Virus record (IMG/VR): IMGVR_UViG_3300022591_000004
Span: 1-64,000 of that record
Length of the DNA: 64,000 nt
Reading direction: 5' to 3' (one strand)
Source of the DNA: a virus
The translations under genes and the position numbers were made by a program. Under the pieces are notes generated by a model. It worked only from the letters and a program-made list of their open reading frames with translations, searched no databases and was not told where the DNA came from. Below, one piece after another: positions 24,608 through 34,343 of this stretch. Position 1 is the stretch's first letter, and every line of letters starts with the position of its first letter.

Positions 24608-24934
24608 TTATTCAGCCATACCTGCTGAAAAGTTAGGCTTGCTACGGTTAATCGCTGGGGGAATCAAACGACCGTTACCCTGGGTTGCGCCAGCTTCTGG
24701 TGATGTCTGCTTCTCAAATCCAACCTTGATACCGTAACGAGCGCCTGAGCGCGCCTTAACGTGTGAGCGGTGTCCTGCATCCTTGATAGATGGGTCGCCA
24801 GCTTGTGCGCCCTTCTTCTTCATCAGCTTGCCCTTTTCAGGTGCAACTGTCTTGAAATCAACCTTGCTTACTTTAGCCGAGGCTGGAGCAATGTGTGGAT
24901 TGCTTTTTGCTTTTTCCATGGGTTTCCTTTGCAA
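24608..24934 (-). CDS. basic hypothetical protein
   Basis: K-rich; probable start MEKAK. Confidence 0.65.
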   Translation of the reverse strand: MQRKPMEKAKSNPHIAPASAKVSKVDFKTVAPEKGKLMKKKGAQAGDPSIKDAGHRSHVKARSGARYGIKVGFEKQTSPEAGATQGNGRLIPPAINRSKPNFSAGMAE

Positions 24935-24978
24935 AGGGGGTTAAATAAGAATAGAACCTTTAGGCGCGGAATTAGTGC

Positions 24979-25263
24979 TTAACGGGCTTCGACTACGAAC
25001 ACGATGGCAGAAATCTGCCCATCGTGGCTCTCAATGCTGGCAAAGCCAGGAATGCAACTGAGGTCTAAGCCGCGTGGAGCTGTGTATCCACGGGCGATTG
25101 CAATGGCTTTAACGGCTTGATTTACTGCGCCTGCGCCAACGGCACGAATCTTGCATCCGCGAGTCTCATAGATGCTGTGGGCAATTGCTGATGCTACGGC
25201 TTGTGGGTTGCTTCCTGCGCCTACGCGGAGGATGCCCTCTTCTTCTTTTACTACTTCAGACAT
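24979..25263 (-). CDS. spoVS: SpoVS-family (Alba-fold) nucleic-acid-binding protein
   Basis: LRVGAGSNPQAVASAIA...AVGAGAVNQAVKAIAIARG...IPGF...ISAI is the SpoVS signature. Confidence 0.93.
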   Translation of the reverse strand: MSEVVKEEEGILRVGAGSNPQAVASAIAHSIYETRGCKIRAVGAGAVNQAVKAIAIARGYTAPRGLDLSCIPGFASIESHDGQISAIVFVVEAR

Positions 25264-25503
25264 GTTTACCTTCTTATGCTCGGATTAGTATTACCCATAA
25301 AGTATGGGTTTCCAAGCGCCGAATTTCAGGCTAAACGTCTATGGGAGTTGGTGCTGTGGCCTTTGAACCGCAAAGGGCGCACTCCATGTCCAGCATATAT
25401 AAGGATATTTCGCCGTCCTCAAACATGGCTTGGACGTTCCAAAGCATAGACCCACAGATACAGACGTGTAGGGGATTGTCTTTATCTCGTAGGTCAAGGG
25501 CCA

Positions 25504-25752
25504 TTAGAGCAGCTCAATCTTCTTTTCTAGTTGAGCGCGCATAATACGGGGGGATGCAAAGGTCAATACCTCGCGCCAATAACAATCCATACATCCGCAA
25601 TAAGGCTGACCTGAAAGGGTTTCCACATCTTCGTCTGAGTCTACACTGTCCTGTACAACCATCATGTACTCATCAAGGTCTTTTTGGAACTGTGATGCCC
25701 ATGCTGGGTCATTAATTACAAATGACTCTTCAATCATCATTGTCCGCCCCAC
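25504..25752 (-). CDS. hypothetical protein
   Basis: YCGCMDCYWRE motif. Confidence 0.65.
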   Translation of the reverse strand: MGRTMMIEESFVINDPAWASQFQKDLDEYMMVVQDSVDSDEDVETLSGQPYCGCMDCYWREVLTFASPRIMRAQLEKKIELL

Positions 25753-26052
25753 CCTCCGCCTTTAAACTGCAGTCCTGGTACCGAATATACCTTGGTCATA
25801 TCGTAACCACATTTGGGGCAAGGAACGGTAGGCGACTCTTGCATACCGTGATTGACCTCAATGGTTGTATCACATTCAATACATGTGTAATCGTAACGTG
25901 GCATTATCCAGCTCGCTTAGCTGCACGGACCTTTAGCTTGGCTGGTGAATAGCCGCCTACGGTCTTACCCTTTTTAACGTTAGTCTTAGGGTTCTTCTTA
26001 GATGCCTTGCCGTTTGGACGGGCATCGTTTCTATTTCCTTTAGCTTTAGCCA

Positions 26053-26604
26053 TTATCTCTCCCTGAACTTGGGGTCTTGTAGTTTAGTATACACATCCTT
26101 TTCGTACTCCAACTCCGCTGAACCTGAAACAAGCTTAGCTAAGGCGTAGGAGTCTGCAGCATTGTCATCGCTAATGTCTGCTCCCCACTTCTTAAATACG
26201 TATAGGAGCATTTGGCTTTTAGATATACCGTTGCCTTTGCCTGTCACGTATTTCTTCAAGTTAGTGGGAGGGACAATAAGGGGATAAACGCCAAATTCAT
26301 ACATGGTCATCTTGACCACTGCGCCAAGCTCTCCCAGCATATTTGCCATCTGAGAACCAAAAGCATAACCCTCCATGGCGGCATCTACAATTTCATACTG
26401 GTATAGAACATCCATCATAAAGCCCTGAATATTTTTTAGGCGCTGAACGCCTGCACCTTCAGCTTTATATACAATGCTGTAGTAATCAGTCTTGTTCTCT
26501 GCGTCTAGGGCTGTTATGGCAAATCCACTATAGGACTGGTCAATACCTATGTAGACAGGCTTGCCTTCTACCAACCCGCCATTAAAAAGCTTAGGCTTTG
26601 CCAT
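26053..26604 (-). CDS. ruvC: RuvC-like Holliday junction resolvase
   Basis: IGIDQS, MEGY, LGELG, LKKYVTGKGN..K, DNAADS. Confidence 0.88.
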   Translation of the reverse strand: MAKPKLFNGGLVEGKPVYIGIDQSYSGFAITALDAENKTDYYSIVYKAEGAGVQRLKNIQGFMMDVLYQYEIVDAAMEGYAFGSQMANMLGELGAVVKMTMYEFGVYPLIVPPTNLKKYVTGKGNGISKSQMLLYVFKKWGADISDDNAADSYALAKLVSGSAELEYEKDVYTKLQDPKFRER

Positions 26605-27101
26605 TAAGCAGTAAATCTATTGTTGCGCATACGGTCTCTATCACTAGAGGTACGGCGTGTAAGCTCACGACTAACAAGATTGTAGTAGCGCTCCATATTA
26701 TCCTGTGTGGTCTCCATAAGCTTGCGGTAAGCGTATACATAACTCTTTACCTGTAGCTTTTCTTGGATTTCAGGGCGCAATAAAACAGCGGCTTTGAGTA
26801 AACCAGCCTTCTCTGTGGCCTTTCCTGTAGAGGTCTGCATAAGGGCATACGCCTCAGCGCGGTCGTATTCGTTCTCTGCCTCTAGCTCTGCAACCTGAGC
26901 GCACGCGGTCTGCGTGCGCATCATGTTGTAGTTCTCCATGTACTTAGAAGCCATCACCATAAGCTCTTGGTCGTCTACCAACGTAATGTCCTCGGGAAAC
27001 TCTGGCATATCTAGGTCGAGCACTTGGCGGATATTTAATCCCTGCTCTCCCAAGAGCTTAATGATGTCTTTACTAACTCCTGTGGCTTCAAGCTTGAACA
27101 T
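26604..27101 (-). CDS. hypothetical helical protein, possible recombination mediator
   Basis: Start MFKLEAT; SRELTRR C-terminus; coiled-coil character. Confidence 0.65.
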   Translation of the reverse strand: MFKLEATGVSKDIIKLLGEQGLNIRQVLDLDMPEFPEDITLVDDQELMVMASKYMENYNMMRTQTACAQVAELEAENEYDRAEAYALMQTSTGKATEKAGLLKAAVLLRPEIQEKLQVKSYVYAYRKLMETTQDNMERYYNLVSRELTRRTSSDRDRMRNNRFTA

Positions 27102-27966
27102 CGTTATACACCTTACACTGGTAGCAACCTTCGTTATGGTCAATATTACACGCAGGTGCTTCTTTCTTGTCAACTGCATCCACAATCATCTGGGCAGCTT
27201 CTAGTATATGGCTAATACCAAAGTCGCTCTTAGGAACAACGAATTCCTTTTGCGTTTGATTAGCTTTGTTCTCGTAAAGGAATAGCGCTTCCTGAGGTTG
27301 AATCTCTAGGTTCATTAGCTCGGCTAGCTTCATATACATCTGTGCCTGCTTAATATGTGACATGAAAGGGGCGTCTAGTGCCTTCCACATGGCGTCTAAA
27401 TTACCGTCGTGTTCTGCCATAAGGTTAGGGGCTTCAAATCTAAAGGTACCTGCTCCAATGGACTTAATCTCAAGGAGTAGCGGGTCGCCAAAATTTAATA
27501 GAATTCCATCCGCATGACCTGCGATGCGCAACGGCTCATATACTAGAGGCACTTCTCTGTACTCTAAATAGCTGGCGTCAGCTTTGTGGTCAGACGGAGT
27601 ACCAATAAACGTTGAACGGCAGTCTTTGCAGTAGTACTTGCCCCACAGGTTTCCCATATCTTTAAATATGTTTTGCCAACCATTATGGATATCGTGACCT
27701 GTTTGGAACACGCGCTTTTGACTTAAAGTTACACGATATTTGCTAGGAGGTGGTGGGAATCCTAGTAGCTGAAAGTATGACCCTCTGTAGCACCAATCGT
27801 CTTTAACCATGGCTGAAGGGTGCAATACGTCCGAACGACGTGAGGTATCGGCTGGTAGTGTGATAAGGAATCGTTCTACGGTAGTAAGGACCCGTGACTC
27901 TTTCTTACCTGCTTCAAGAAAACGTTTGAGCGTTCCCTCTGGCTTAAACTTTTCTTCCTTTGCCAT
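27088..27966 (-). CDS. Cas4-like PD-(D/E)xK exonuclease
   Basis: HPS...C.R, GHADG, LEIKS, QAQMYM, C-terminal C...CYQC. Confidence 0.85.
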   Translation of the reverse strand: MAKEEKFKPEGTLKRFLEAGKKESRVLTTVERFLITLPADTSRRSDVLHPSAMVKDDWCYRGSYFQLLGFPPPPSKYRVTLSQKRVFQTGHDIHNGWQNIFKDMGNLWGKYYCKDCRSTFIGTPSDHKADASYLEYREVPLVYEPLRIAGHADGILLNFGDPLLLEIKSIGAGTFRFEAPNLMAEHDGNLDAMWKALDAPFMSHIKQAQMYMKLAELMNLEIQPQEALFLYENKANQTQKEFVVPKSDFGISHILEAAQMIVDAVDKKEAPACNIDHNEGCYQCKVYNDVQA

Positions 27967-28282
27967 GTTTTTCCAACCAACCTTCTAGTGAGAGACCAAC
28001 CTTAGCAGCTTTTCGTTTCAATGCGTTACGCTCTCGGTGGCTGAGTCCTCCCCATATACCGTGCTGTTCATCCATCTCTTCTGCATAAAGCAGACATTTA
28101 AGACGAACTGGACATTCAGGGGCGCCATCTTTACCAAAGCAAACGGCTTTAGACTTATCGGCTATGTTTTTGTATTTAGATTTATCGCGTGGCGGGTACC
28201 ATAACTCTGTATCCATGCCACGGCATTTAGCGCTATGACGCCAGTCTTCTACGTAGCCTGAGCTTTCGTACGACAAGTGCAC
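27944..28282 (-). CDS. whiB: WhiB-family Fe-S transcription factor
   Basis: AKC...VC...CPVRLKCL...HGIWGGLS.RER. Confidence 0.92.
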   Translation of the reverse strand: MHLSYESSGYVEDWRHSAKCRGMDTELWYPPRDKSKYKNIADKSKAVCFGKDGAPECPVRLKCLLYAEEMDEQHGIWGGLSHRERNALKRKAAKVGLSLEGWLEKHGKGRKV

Positions 28283-28593
28283 TCCTGAATATTCTGGCGA
28301 AGTTCCAGGAAGTCGTCTTCTAAAAGCATTACATAATTCTCGTTGTTTAGACTAATACCTAATACGGGCATTCGGCTATCAAGAATTGCTTCGTTGACAA
28401 TCTTCTCCAAAACTGTCGCTTTGACAGTGAAGGATGCTTTGCCCGTCCACTTATGTTCTATAAGTAAATCGCTACTTCGGACATCGCCTTTACGATTCCA
28501 AAAAGCTCCGCTAGCAGCTGTACGCTTGCCATCGATAGCTTTTGCTAATCGTGCCTCATGCTTCTTAGACTGCTTTTGTCCTTCACTCCTCAT
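28249..28593 (-). CDS. Hjc-like PD-(D/E)xK nuclease
   Basis: ASGA...KGDV...IEHK. Confidence 0.75.
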   Translation of the reverse strand: MRSEGQKQSKKHEARLAKAIDGKRTAASGAFWNRKGDVRSSDLLIEHKWTGKASFTVKATVLEKIVNEAILDSRMPVLGISLNNENYVMLLEDDFLELRQNIQECTCRTKAQAT

Positions 28594-29641
28594 CGGAGTA
28601 TTCGCCTACAAACTTTGACCCCGCTTTAATGGAGTCTAGTACGTCGCGCTCTAGGGCTTCTTTCAGGTCTATCTCTTCCCGTATAGAGCCAAGCATACCA
28701 TCTGCCCCTTGCCACTGGCGACCTGCGTACCGATAATAGGCTCCTGCGCGTGTTATGACCTTGTTGATGATTCCCATAGCAACTATCTCTTTGGCGAAGT
28801 CATAATTACCGCGGTCAACCACTCCCCCAGGGGCAAAATAGAAGTCAATGAAGGCGGTCTGCTGTGGGGGAGCGGACTTATTCTTCAGGGTGCGAATCTT
28901 GATGGTCTGTCCCACACGGTGCTTATCCTGACCTGTGCCTTCTTCAATCCAGTCATCGCGCTTAATTTCAATTCGAGTAAAGAAGGCGTAATCCTTGCCC
29001 AGTCCACCTGGGGTGGTGCGTGGGTCTCCATACATAACGCCAATCTTGGAGCGCCACTGGTTAATCATAATGCCGATAAAAGGGCGTTCAGACTCTGTGA
29101 GGGAGCGCTTAGACGCTTTTCCTACCTTACGGAAGAACTTGTTAGTCAGCAGGGCTGTACGACCTACTGTTGACTCTTCCATTTCTTTCTCGTTCTCTGA
29201 GCTAGGAACAAGGGCAGGAAGACTATCAATGACAACGCAATCAACAGCCTTACTCTCGACGATTTCAATGACCGCTTCATAAGCGTCCTCCATGATGTTA
29301 GTTGAGATAACGTAGATGCGCGATAAATCAACCCCACACATCTCAGCGTATGCAGGAACCCATTCTTCTGCGGCTACCCATACAGTAGTGAACTCTGGGT
29401 CTTTAGCTTGGTTTGCTGCAATAGTCTTGAGGGCGATAGCGGTCTTACCGTTGGATGCTTCACCAATAATTTCATGCCATTGGTTGACTGGCCATCCGCC
29501 GCCAAGTGCAACGTCAAAGGACAAAGAACCTGTGGTCATACGTCCGCTAATATCAATAATGTCTTCACCAAGCACAACTGTATCGGCGCCCAGCTTTTTG
29601 TTAATCTTGTTAATTACTTTAAGAAGCTCTGCATTTGCCAT
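28583..29641 (-). CDS. recA: RecA recombinase
   Basis: TGSLSFDVALGGG, Walker A GEASNGKT, VIDSL, INQWR.KIGVMYG.P.TTPGG. Confidence 0.95.
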   Translation of the reverse strand: MANAELLKVINKINKKLGADTVVLGEDIIDISGRMTTGSLSFDVALGGGWPVNQWHEIIGEASNGKTAIALKTIAANQAKDPEFTTVWVAAEEWVPAYAEMCGVDLSRIYVISTNIMEDAYEAVIEIVESKAVDCVVIDSLPALVPSSENEKEMEESTVGRTALLTNKFFRKVGKASKRSLTESERPFIGIMINQWRSKIGVMYGDPRTTPGGLGKDYAFFTRIEIKRDDWIEEGTGQDKHRVGQTIKIRTLKNKSAPPQQTAFIDFYFAPGGVVDRGNYDFAKEIVAMGIINKVITRAGAYYRYAGRQWQGADGMLGSIREEIDLKEALERDVLDSIKAGSKFVGEYSDEE

Positions 29642-30033
29642 TAAATGTGTCCAATGATTGTCTGTGGATTAAACCCGCCTGATGCTACTTGTTTTGCTGG
29701 AATTGCAGCGCCTCCGCTGCTTCCTCCTTGACCAACAATTCCTTTACCTAAACCTGAACCCGACTGTTGAACTGGGTAACCGCAATCATAACAGCGAGCC
29801 ATGGCTTGCATGCCACGCGCTGCATCTGTAAGACTTCCGTAGTTACCGCTACCGCATCCAGGACAACGTGGCGCTTGTGGCACCATCTGTTGCTGCGGTG
29901 GGTACTGCGGTTGTTGTGGTGCAGCGTACTGCGCTGGCTGTGGGGCAGCATATTGAGGAGTAGGGGCTTGTGGTGCCTGCGGTTGTGCGGGTGCTCCTGT
30001 TAACTTTGTAGCCCACCAGTTACTACTCATCAT
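29641..30033 (-). CDS. Pro/Gln-rich zinc-ribbon protein
   Basis: CPGCGSGNY...RCYDCGYP. Confidence 0.75.
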   Translation of the reverse strand: MMSSNWWATKLTGAPAQPQAPQAPTPQYAAPQPAQYAAPQQPQYPPQQQMVPQAPRCPGCGSGNYGSLTDAARGMQAMARCYDCGYPVQQSGSGLGKGIVGQGGSSGGAAIPAKQVASGGFNPQTIIGHI

Positions 30034-30487
30034 CTTCCTCTCTATAGCCTGTCCCAGTACCTATTGTATGGGTATGAAGAATATCAAGTTGTATGCCAGA
30101 TGAAAAGGCGGTTACTAATGCCGAAAAACCTATGGCTTTATAGAAACTACCCATCGCCTCTATCTCCTCTTCGCTGGGAGGAGTTAAGTCCCAGCTAGGC
30201 AAATCACGTACCTGCGTAGCGACTACAACCTTTGCGTTTAATTCACTAATAACATCTATGTAAGGAATTAACTCGTCTATGTAGGACAGCCTAATCTCGC
30301 TGTCTTCGACTTCTTTGTTATCCCCTTCTTCGCTGACGGGATTAAGTCCAAGACTAACTGCTACCTCGTTAGGGTTCTCAATACTGAGGTCGTACAACGC
30401 CCAGCGCAATATGGTGCTAAAAGGAACCTCAGTGCGTTCAACGCTGGATTCCTCATTGTTTCTAAAAAACTTATCGAACCAACTCAC
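30023..30487 (-). CDS. hypothetical acidic protein
   Basis: GTG start overlapping the polA stop. Confidence 0.65.
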   Translation of the reverse strand: MSWFDKFFRNNEESSVERTEVPFSTILRWALYDLSIENPNEVAVSLGLNPVSEEGDNKEVEDSEIRLSYIDELIPYIDVISELNAKVVVATQVRDLPSWDLTPPSEEEIEAMGSFYKAIGFSALVTAFSSGIQLDILHTHTIGTGTGYREEDDE

Positions 30488-32484
30488 TTTGCCTCTCCCC
30501 AACGCTGGACTACTTTGACGTCTGCTAATAAAGGTACATCTAGAAGGTTGATGCCTTCCATGGCCTCTCTAATAGCTTCTGCCGTCTCCGCAGCTTTACT
30601 ATCGGGAGTTAGGGTGACAAGTTCATCATGTACGGTAAGGAGTATCTTAGCCTCTTTAGGAACCATATCCTGTGCGCGAATCATGGCGAGTTTAATAATA
30701 TCTGCCGCTGAACCTTGGATACGCGTGTTAAACGCCTGACGTTCAGCGCTGGACTTTTCGCTAAAGCTCTTGGAGTTAATCTCTGGAAGGTATCTACGGC
30801 GCCCAAGAAGCGTGGTGACGTACCCTCGTTTACGAGTAGTTGATATGACAATATTACGATAAGTATTGACGGAACCAAATTTCTCCGCAAAATCATTCAA
30901 AAGCTGTTTAGCCTCGTTGAGCTTACAACCAATCTGATGAGCAATCTTGTCTGGACCTACGCCGTATGCCATGGCTAGGACAAGGACCTTTCCAGCTTTG
31001 CGGTTGACTCCCATGGTGTTACCTACTGTTGTATAGATATCTTCGCCCTCTAGGTAGTTCTGCATCATAATAGGGTCTTTTGACATAGACGCAATAACTC
31101 TAGGCTCAATCTGCGAGTAATCGGCTACCACTAATTTGTACCCTGGTGGGGCGTAGAACAGATTACGAAGCATACGACCATACTGTTTATCCTCTGGAAC
31201 CTTCTCAGGGTCTTCAGGAGCGGGAATATTCTGCAAATTAGGATTCTTACTAGAAAAACGACCTGTCTCAGCCCCGTGCTGAACAAAGTCGCAGTGAATC
31301 TTGCCGTTAATCAAAATGCTCTCTTTAGTCTCTGTCTTTGACTTTCCAGCTGTGGTTCGAGTTACCTCTCCACCCAGGTAAGGGATGACATAAGTAGACA
31401 ATAACTTGTTAAGGTCAGCGTATTCGAGCATAGCGTTGACTAACTTGTTGCTGTTTCGGTAAGGCTCCAAAGCGTCAGCTGCTACTGAGTAATCAGACAG
31501 CTCTAAAGGAATGTTCTCTGCCTCTTTTGCCTGTCCTTTTGGAGTCAAAATCTTTGGCTTTAGACCCTGACCTCCATTCTCTACGCTCCCATAAAGAATC
31601 TGTTGCTTCTCTGGGTTAGAGTTAATGTTAAAGACTTTGCCAGCAATACGATAAATATCTGAGCGCGCCTTTTCAATGTTAATTTCTAGCTGGTCGTGGA
31701 GCTTAACAAGCTGCTCGGTATCTATAGGGGCACCAGCAAGCTTCATTTCACAAAGAACCTTAAGGACACCCATCTCTAGGTGCATTACCTTGGTTAACTG
31801 TCCTTCTTCTAATTTCTTAACAAGGACATTCTTGTAAAGCAAAAATGTGTACTTAGCGTCAAGGTAAGCGTACTTAGCTACCGTACTGAACGAGTACTTC
31901 TCGACCTCTTTACCGACGCCTTTAACCATGTGATAGCCGAACTCTCGAGCTAAGCAGTCATCAAGACTGACCTTGTTCTTGTTCTTGTTATCGTATAAAA
32001 ACGAAGCTATTAACGTGTCAAAGTAAGGACCTGTGGGGACCTGTCCGTCATAGTATTTAGCCACAGACGTTAAATCAAAAATTAAGTTGTGACCAACAAG
32101 GGTTCTGCCAGTGCCGAACATCAAAGGCTTAAGCGCCTCAAAAACTTCTGCAGGGAATAGCTGCTTAGGTGAAGGGCCAAAGGTAACTGTGGCTTTTTTC
32201 TTGTCTTTTGAATAATCGATTTCACGCAAGGTAAGACCTGCTGCAGCTCTTTTTTCGCCAACACCTGTTAGGGGAAACTCTTCTGAGAGAAACTCGCCGT
32301 TAGGGTGACCTAATGGGATTACATCTCCTCGCCCGTGTGTTGCGAGAGAAATCCATAAAACTTCGTTTACTACAGTAATAACTCTTTGTGGACCTACGGT
32401 TTCTACGTCATAGGCAAACGCGTCTTGCTGGAGATAATAATTAACTAACTCATCTAACTGTTCTTTGGTCGTAATAATGTTCAT
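30484..32484 (-). CDS. polA: family A DNA polymerase (3'-5' exonuclease and polymerase)
   Basis: DVET, HNLIFD, TGRFSS.NPNLQNIP, DYSQIEPR, K...LAMAYG, QGSAAD, VHDE. Confidence 0.95.
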   Translation of the reverse strand: MNIITTKEQLDELVNYYLQQDAFAYDVETVGPQRVITVVNEVLWISLATHGRGDVIPLGHPNGEFLSEEFPLTGVGEKRAAAGLTLREIDYSKDKKKATVTFGPSPKQLFPAEVFEALKPLMFGTGRTLVGHNLIFDLTSVAKYYDGQVPTGPYFDTLIASFLYDNKNKNKVSLDDCLAREFGYHMVKGVGKEVEKYSFSTVAKYAYLDAKYTFLLYKNVLVKKLEEGQLTKVMHLEMGVLKVLCEMKLAGAPIDTEQLVKLHDQLEINIEKARSDIYRIAGKVFNINSNPEKQQILYGSVENGGQGLKPKILTPKGQAKEAENIPLELSDYSVAADALEPYRNSNKLVNAMLEYADLNKLLSTYVIPYLGGEVTRTTAGKSKTETKESILINGKIHCDFVQHGAETGRFSSKNPNLQNIPAPEDPEKVPEDKQYGRMLRNLFYAPPGYKLVVADYSQIEPRVIASMSKDPIMMQNYLEGEDIYTTVGNTMGVNRKAGKVLVLAMAYGVGPDKIAHQIGCKLNEAKQLLNDFAEKFGSVNTYRNIVISTTRKRGYVTTLLGRRRYLPEINSKSFSEKSSAERQAFNTRIQGSAADIIKLAMIRAQDMVPKEAKILLTVHDELVTLTPDSKAAETAEAIREAMEGINLLDVPLLADVKVVQRWGEAK

Positions 32485-32548
32485 ATAGTTCCCCTTATGG
32501 GCGGAAAAGGCAGACCAAGGGGATAGGTCTGCCTTTCCCACATCTATG

Positions 32549-33202
32549 TTAGACGAGTGCGTCTACGACTTCGTTAAGCTCTTCAACAGACTTACGAATT
32601 ACTGACTCAGCAGTAAATGGAACCATCTCTGCAATTGCAGCTTCGGCGGTAGCCTCGTCGATGCTCCAGTCTTCTTGGAGGTCACGACCCTTAACAGGGT
32701 TGAGGATGTAAGTAGTTTGCTGCATCTGACCGCGACGAGCAACTGCCCAATAGTTCTTGGACAATGGGCCCGCTGGTGAATGATGCGCTGCATGAAGCGA
32801 CTTAAAGAACAATGGAGAAACGACCATCTTTGTTAGGGTGGTTCCCTCAGGTGTGAGAACCGCTACAGAGAACGCATACTTCTTCTCTGGCTTGTGGTTA
32901 AGACGAACGCAAATTGGGCATCCGCTACCAAGGCACGTGTATGAACGTTGTCCTTCTGTTTTTTCAGTAAGGAAGTGAAACCCGTAAATAGCGTATGGGC
33001 CATCTGGGTCAAGGAACTTGATTACCTGAAGAGTCTCGGTAATCTTGAAGTCTTTTGCAAACTCCTTGGGCTTAATCAGAGCTTCTGCTGCTTCCCAACC
33101 AGACTTAATTGCGTCTGTGGGATTTCCTGTTGGACGGTCATCTACGTTTTCGATAGAAAACTCGTCAACCTCTGGAACGAATGAATCTGTTTGAACTGAC
33201 AT
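32549..33202 (-). CDS. probable single-stranded DNA-binding protein
   Basis: KFLD...H...C....CPIC zinc site; acidic ends; next to the polymerase. Confidence 0.65.
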   Translation of the reverse strand: MSVQTDSFVPEVDEFSIENVDDRPTGNPTDAIKSGWEAAEALIKPKEFAKDFKITETLQVIKFLDPDGPYAIYGFHFLTEKTEGQRSYTCLGSGCPICVRLNHKPEKKYAFSVAVLTPEGTTLTKMVVSPLFFKSLHAAHHSPAGPLSKNYWAVARRGQMQQTTYILNPVKGRDLQEDWSIDEATAEAAIAEMVPFTAESVIRKSVEELNEVVDALV

Positions 33203-33246
33203 GGGTACTGCTCCTTTGTATGTTTGAACTGCTTGGCTTTGAACTG

Positions 33247-33714
33247 CTAGATTTTTGTTTCGGTAGCCAGGATTTTACTCCAAGCCTCAGCTATCTCCAC
33301 AGGGAGCTGCTGGTGTTCAGACCATTCTATACGCTTGACTTCTAAAAGTCCAGCCTTATCAAATAAGTCCACCGCAGCTTCAATCATGGCTCGGCTATAG
33401 AGGCGACGCCCCTTATGTTCCTCACCATGCTTGTTCTTTTTCGTAGGTAGGCGGTACGGAGCGGTAGGAAGGTAACCTAACTTGTTCCACAATCTGATGG
33501 AAGCAAATGGCCTTCCTAAAGCTTGAGCTAGTGAACCCGCAGCAAACAACTCAATGTCTTTACCATTGGATAATGTTTTTACAAAGGGTTTGGCGTCCCA
33601 AGCAGGCACGTCTGCTCTGACTTCCTTTACCTTGGGCTCACGTCGCTTTCGTTTACTGCCTGGGTAAAAGACGTCCAGGTCGGCAAACGTTGAGTCAATG
33701 AAGTCGTCGGACAT
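33247..33714 (-). CDS. MerR-like HTH DNA-binding protein
   Basis: GSLAQALGR...IRLW...GYLP...GRRLYS. Confidence 0.7.
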   Translation of the reverse strand: MSDDFIDSTFADLDVFYPGSKRKRREPKVKEVRADVPAWDAKPFVKTLSNGKDIELFAAGSLAQALGRPFASIRLWNKLGYLPTAPYRLPTKKNKHGEEHKGRRLYSRAMIEAAVDLFDKAGLLEVKRIEWSEHQQLPVEIAEAWSKILATETKI

Positions 33715-33716
33715 TG

Positions 33717-34106
33717 TTATCCGTTGACTAGAAATGCGTAGGAGACTTTGACAGGGAACATCTTTTCAATCTCTTCTTCTGTAAGCAGGTCTTTTGCATA
33801 TGCAATCATAATCGCATCTTGGTCTAAGGTAGTTACTACCTTAGTGCAGGACTCTTCCAAGCCATGCTCTTGAAGGATTTGTTTTGCTATATCCATATCG
33901 AGGTTTTGAGACTCTTTACGCTGTTTAGTTAACTTGATTCCGTCAACTTCGAGAACGGTATGTCCTCTAGCGTCTAGCTCACCAATAGCCTCTACTGATT
34001 CCAGAAGGCGCTTTTTAAGCTCTGATTCGCGTTCAGATAAGAACTTCATCTGTTGCTTCAGAGCAACGTATTGCTTTGCGTATTGATTGACTTCTGTTGT
34101 GTCCAT
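33717..34106 (-). CDS. hypothetical coiled-coil protein
   Basis: 129-aa ORF. Confidence 0.7.
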   Translation of the reverse strand: MDTTEVNQYAKQYVALKQQMKFLSERESELKKRLLESVEAIGELDARGHTVLEVDGIKLTKQRKESQNLDMDIAKQILQEHGLEESCTKVVTTLDQDAIMIAYAKDLLTEEEIEKMFPVKVSYAFLVNG

Positions 34107-34145
34107 TAAATCCCCTTCGATTCATGGACGAGATTAGTAGGCTAC

Positions 34146-34295
34146 TTATGCCTTGTCAACTAGATAGGACTCAAGCGCGTCAATAATTACGCTGGTCACA
34201 GTTACGCCTTCGCTGGCAGCCTTCTTCTGTACGGCTTTCCAGATGTCGTCAGAAACGCGAATAGTACGCGTAGGGGTCTTAGGCATATTAGGCAT
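34146..34295 (-). CDS. ribbon-helix-helix DNA-binding protein (49 aa)
   Basis: Manually translated MPNMPKTPTRTIRVSDDIWKAVQKKAASEGVTVTSVIIDALESYLVDKA. Confidence 0.8.
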   Translation of the reverse strand: MPNMPKTPTRTIRVSDDIWKAVQKKAASEGVTVTSVIIDALESYLVDKA

Positions 34296-34343
34296 CCCTA
34301 TAGTCTAAAGAATACGCGTTAAAAAAAGTCCTTAAAAGGCTTT

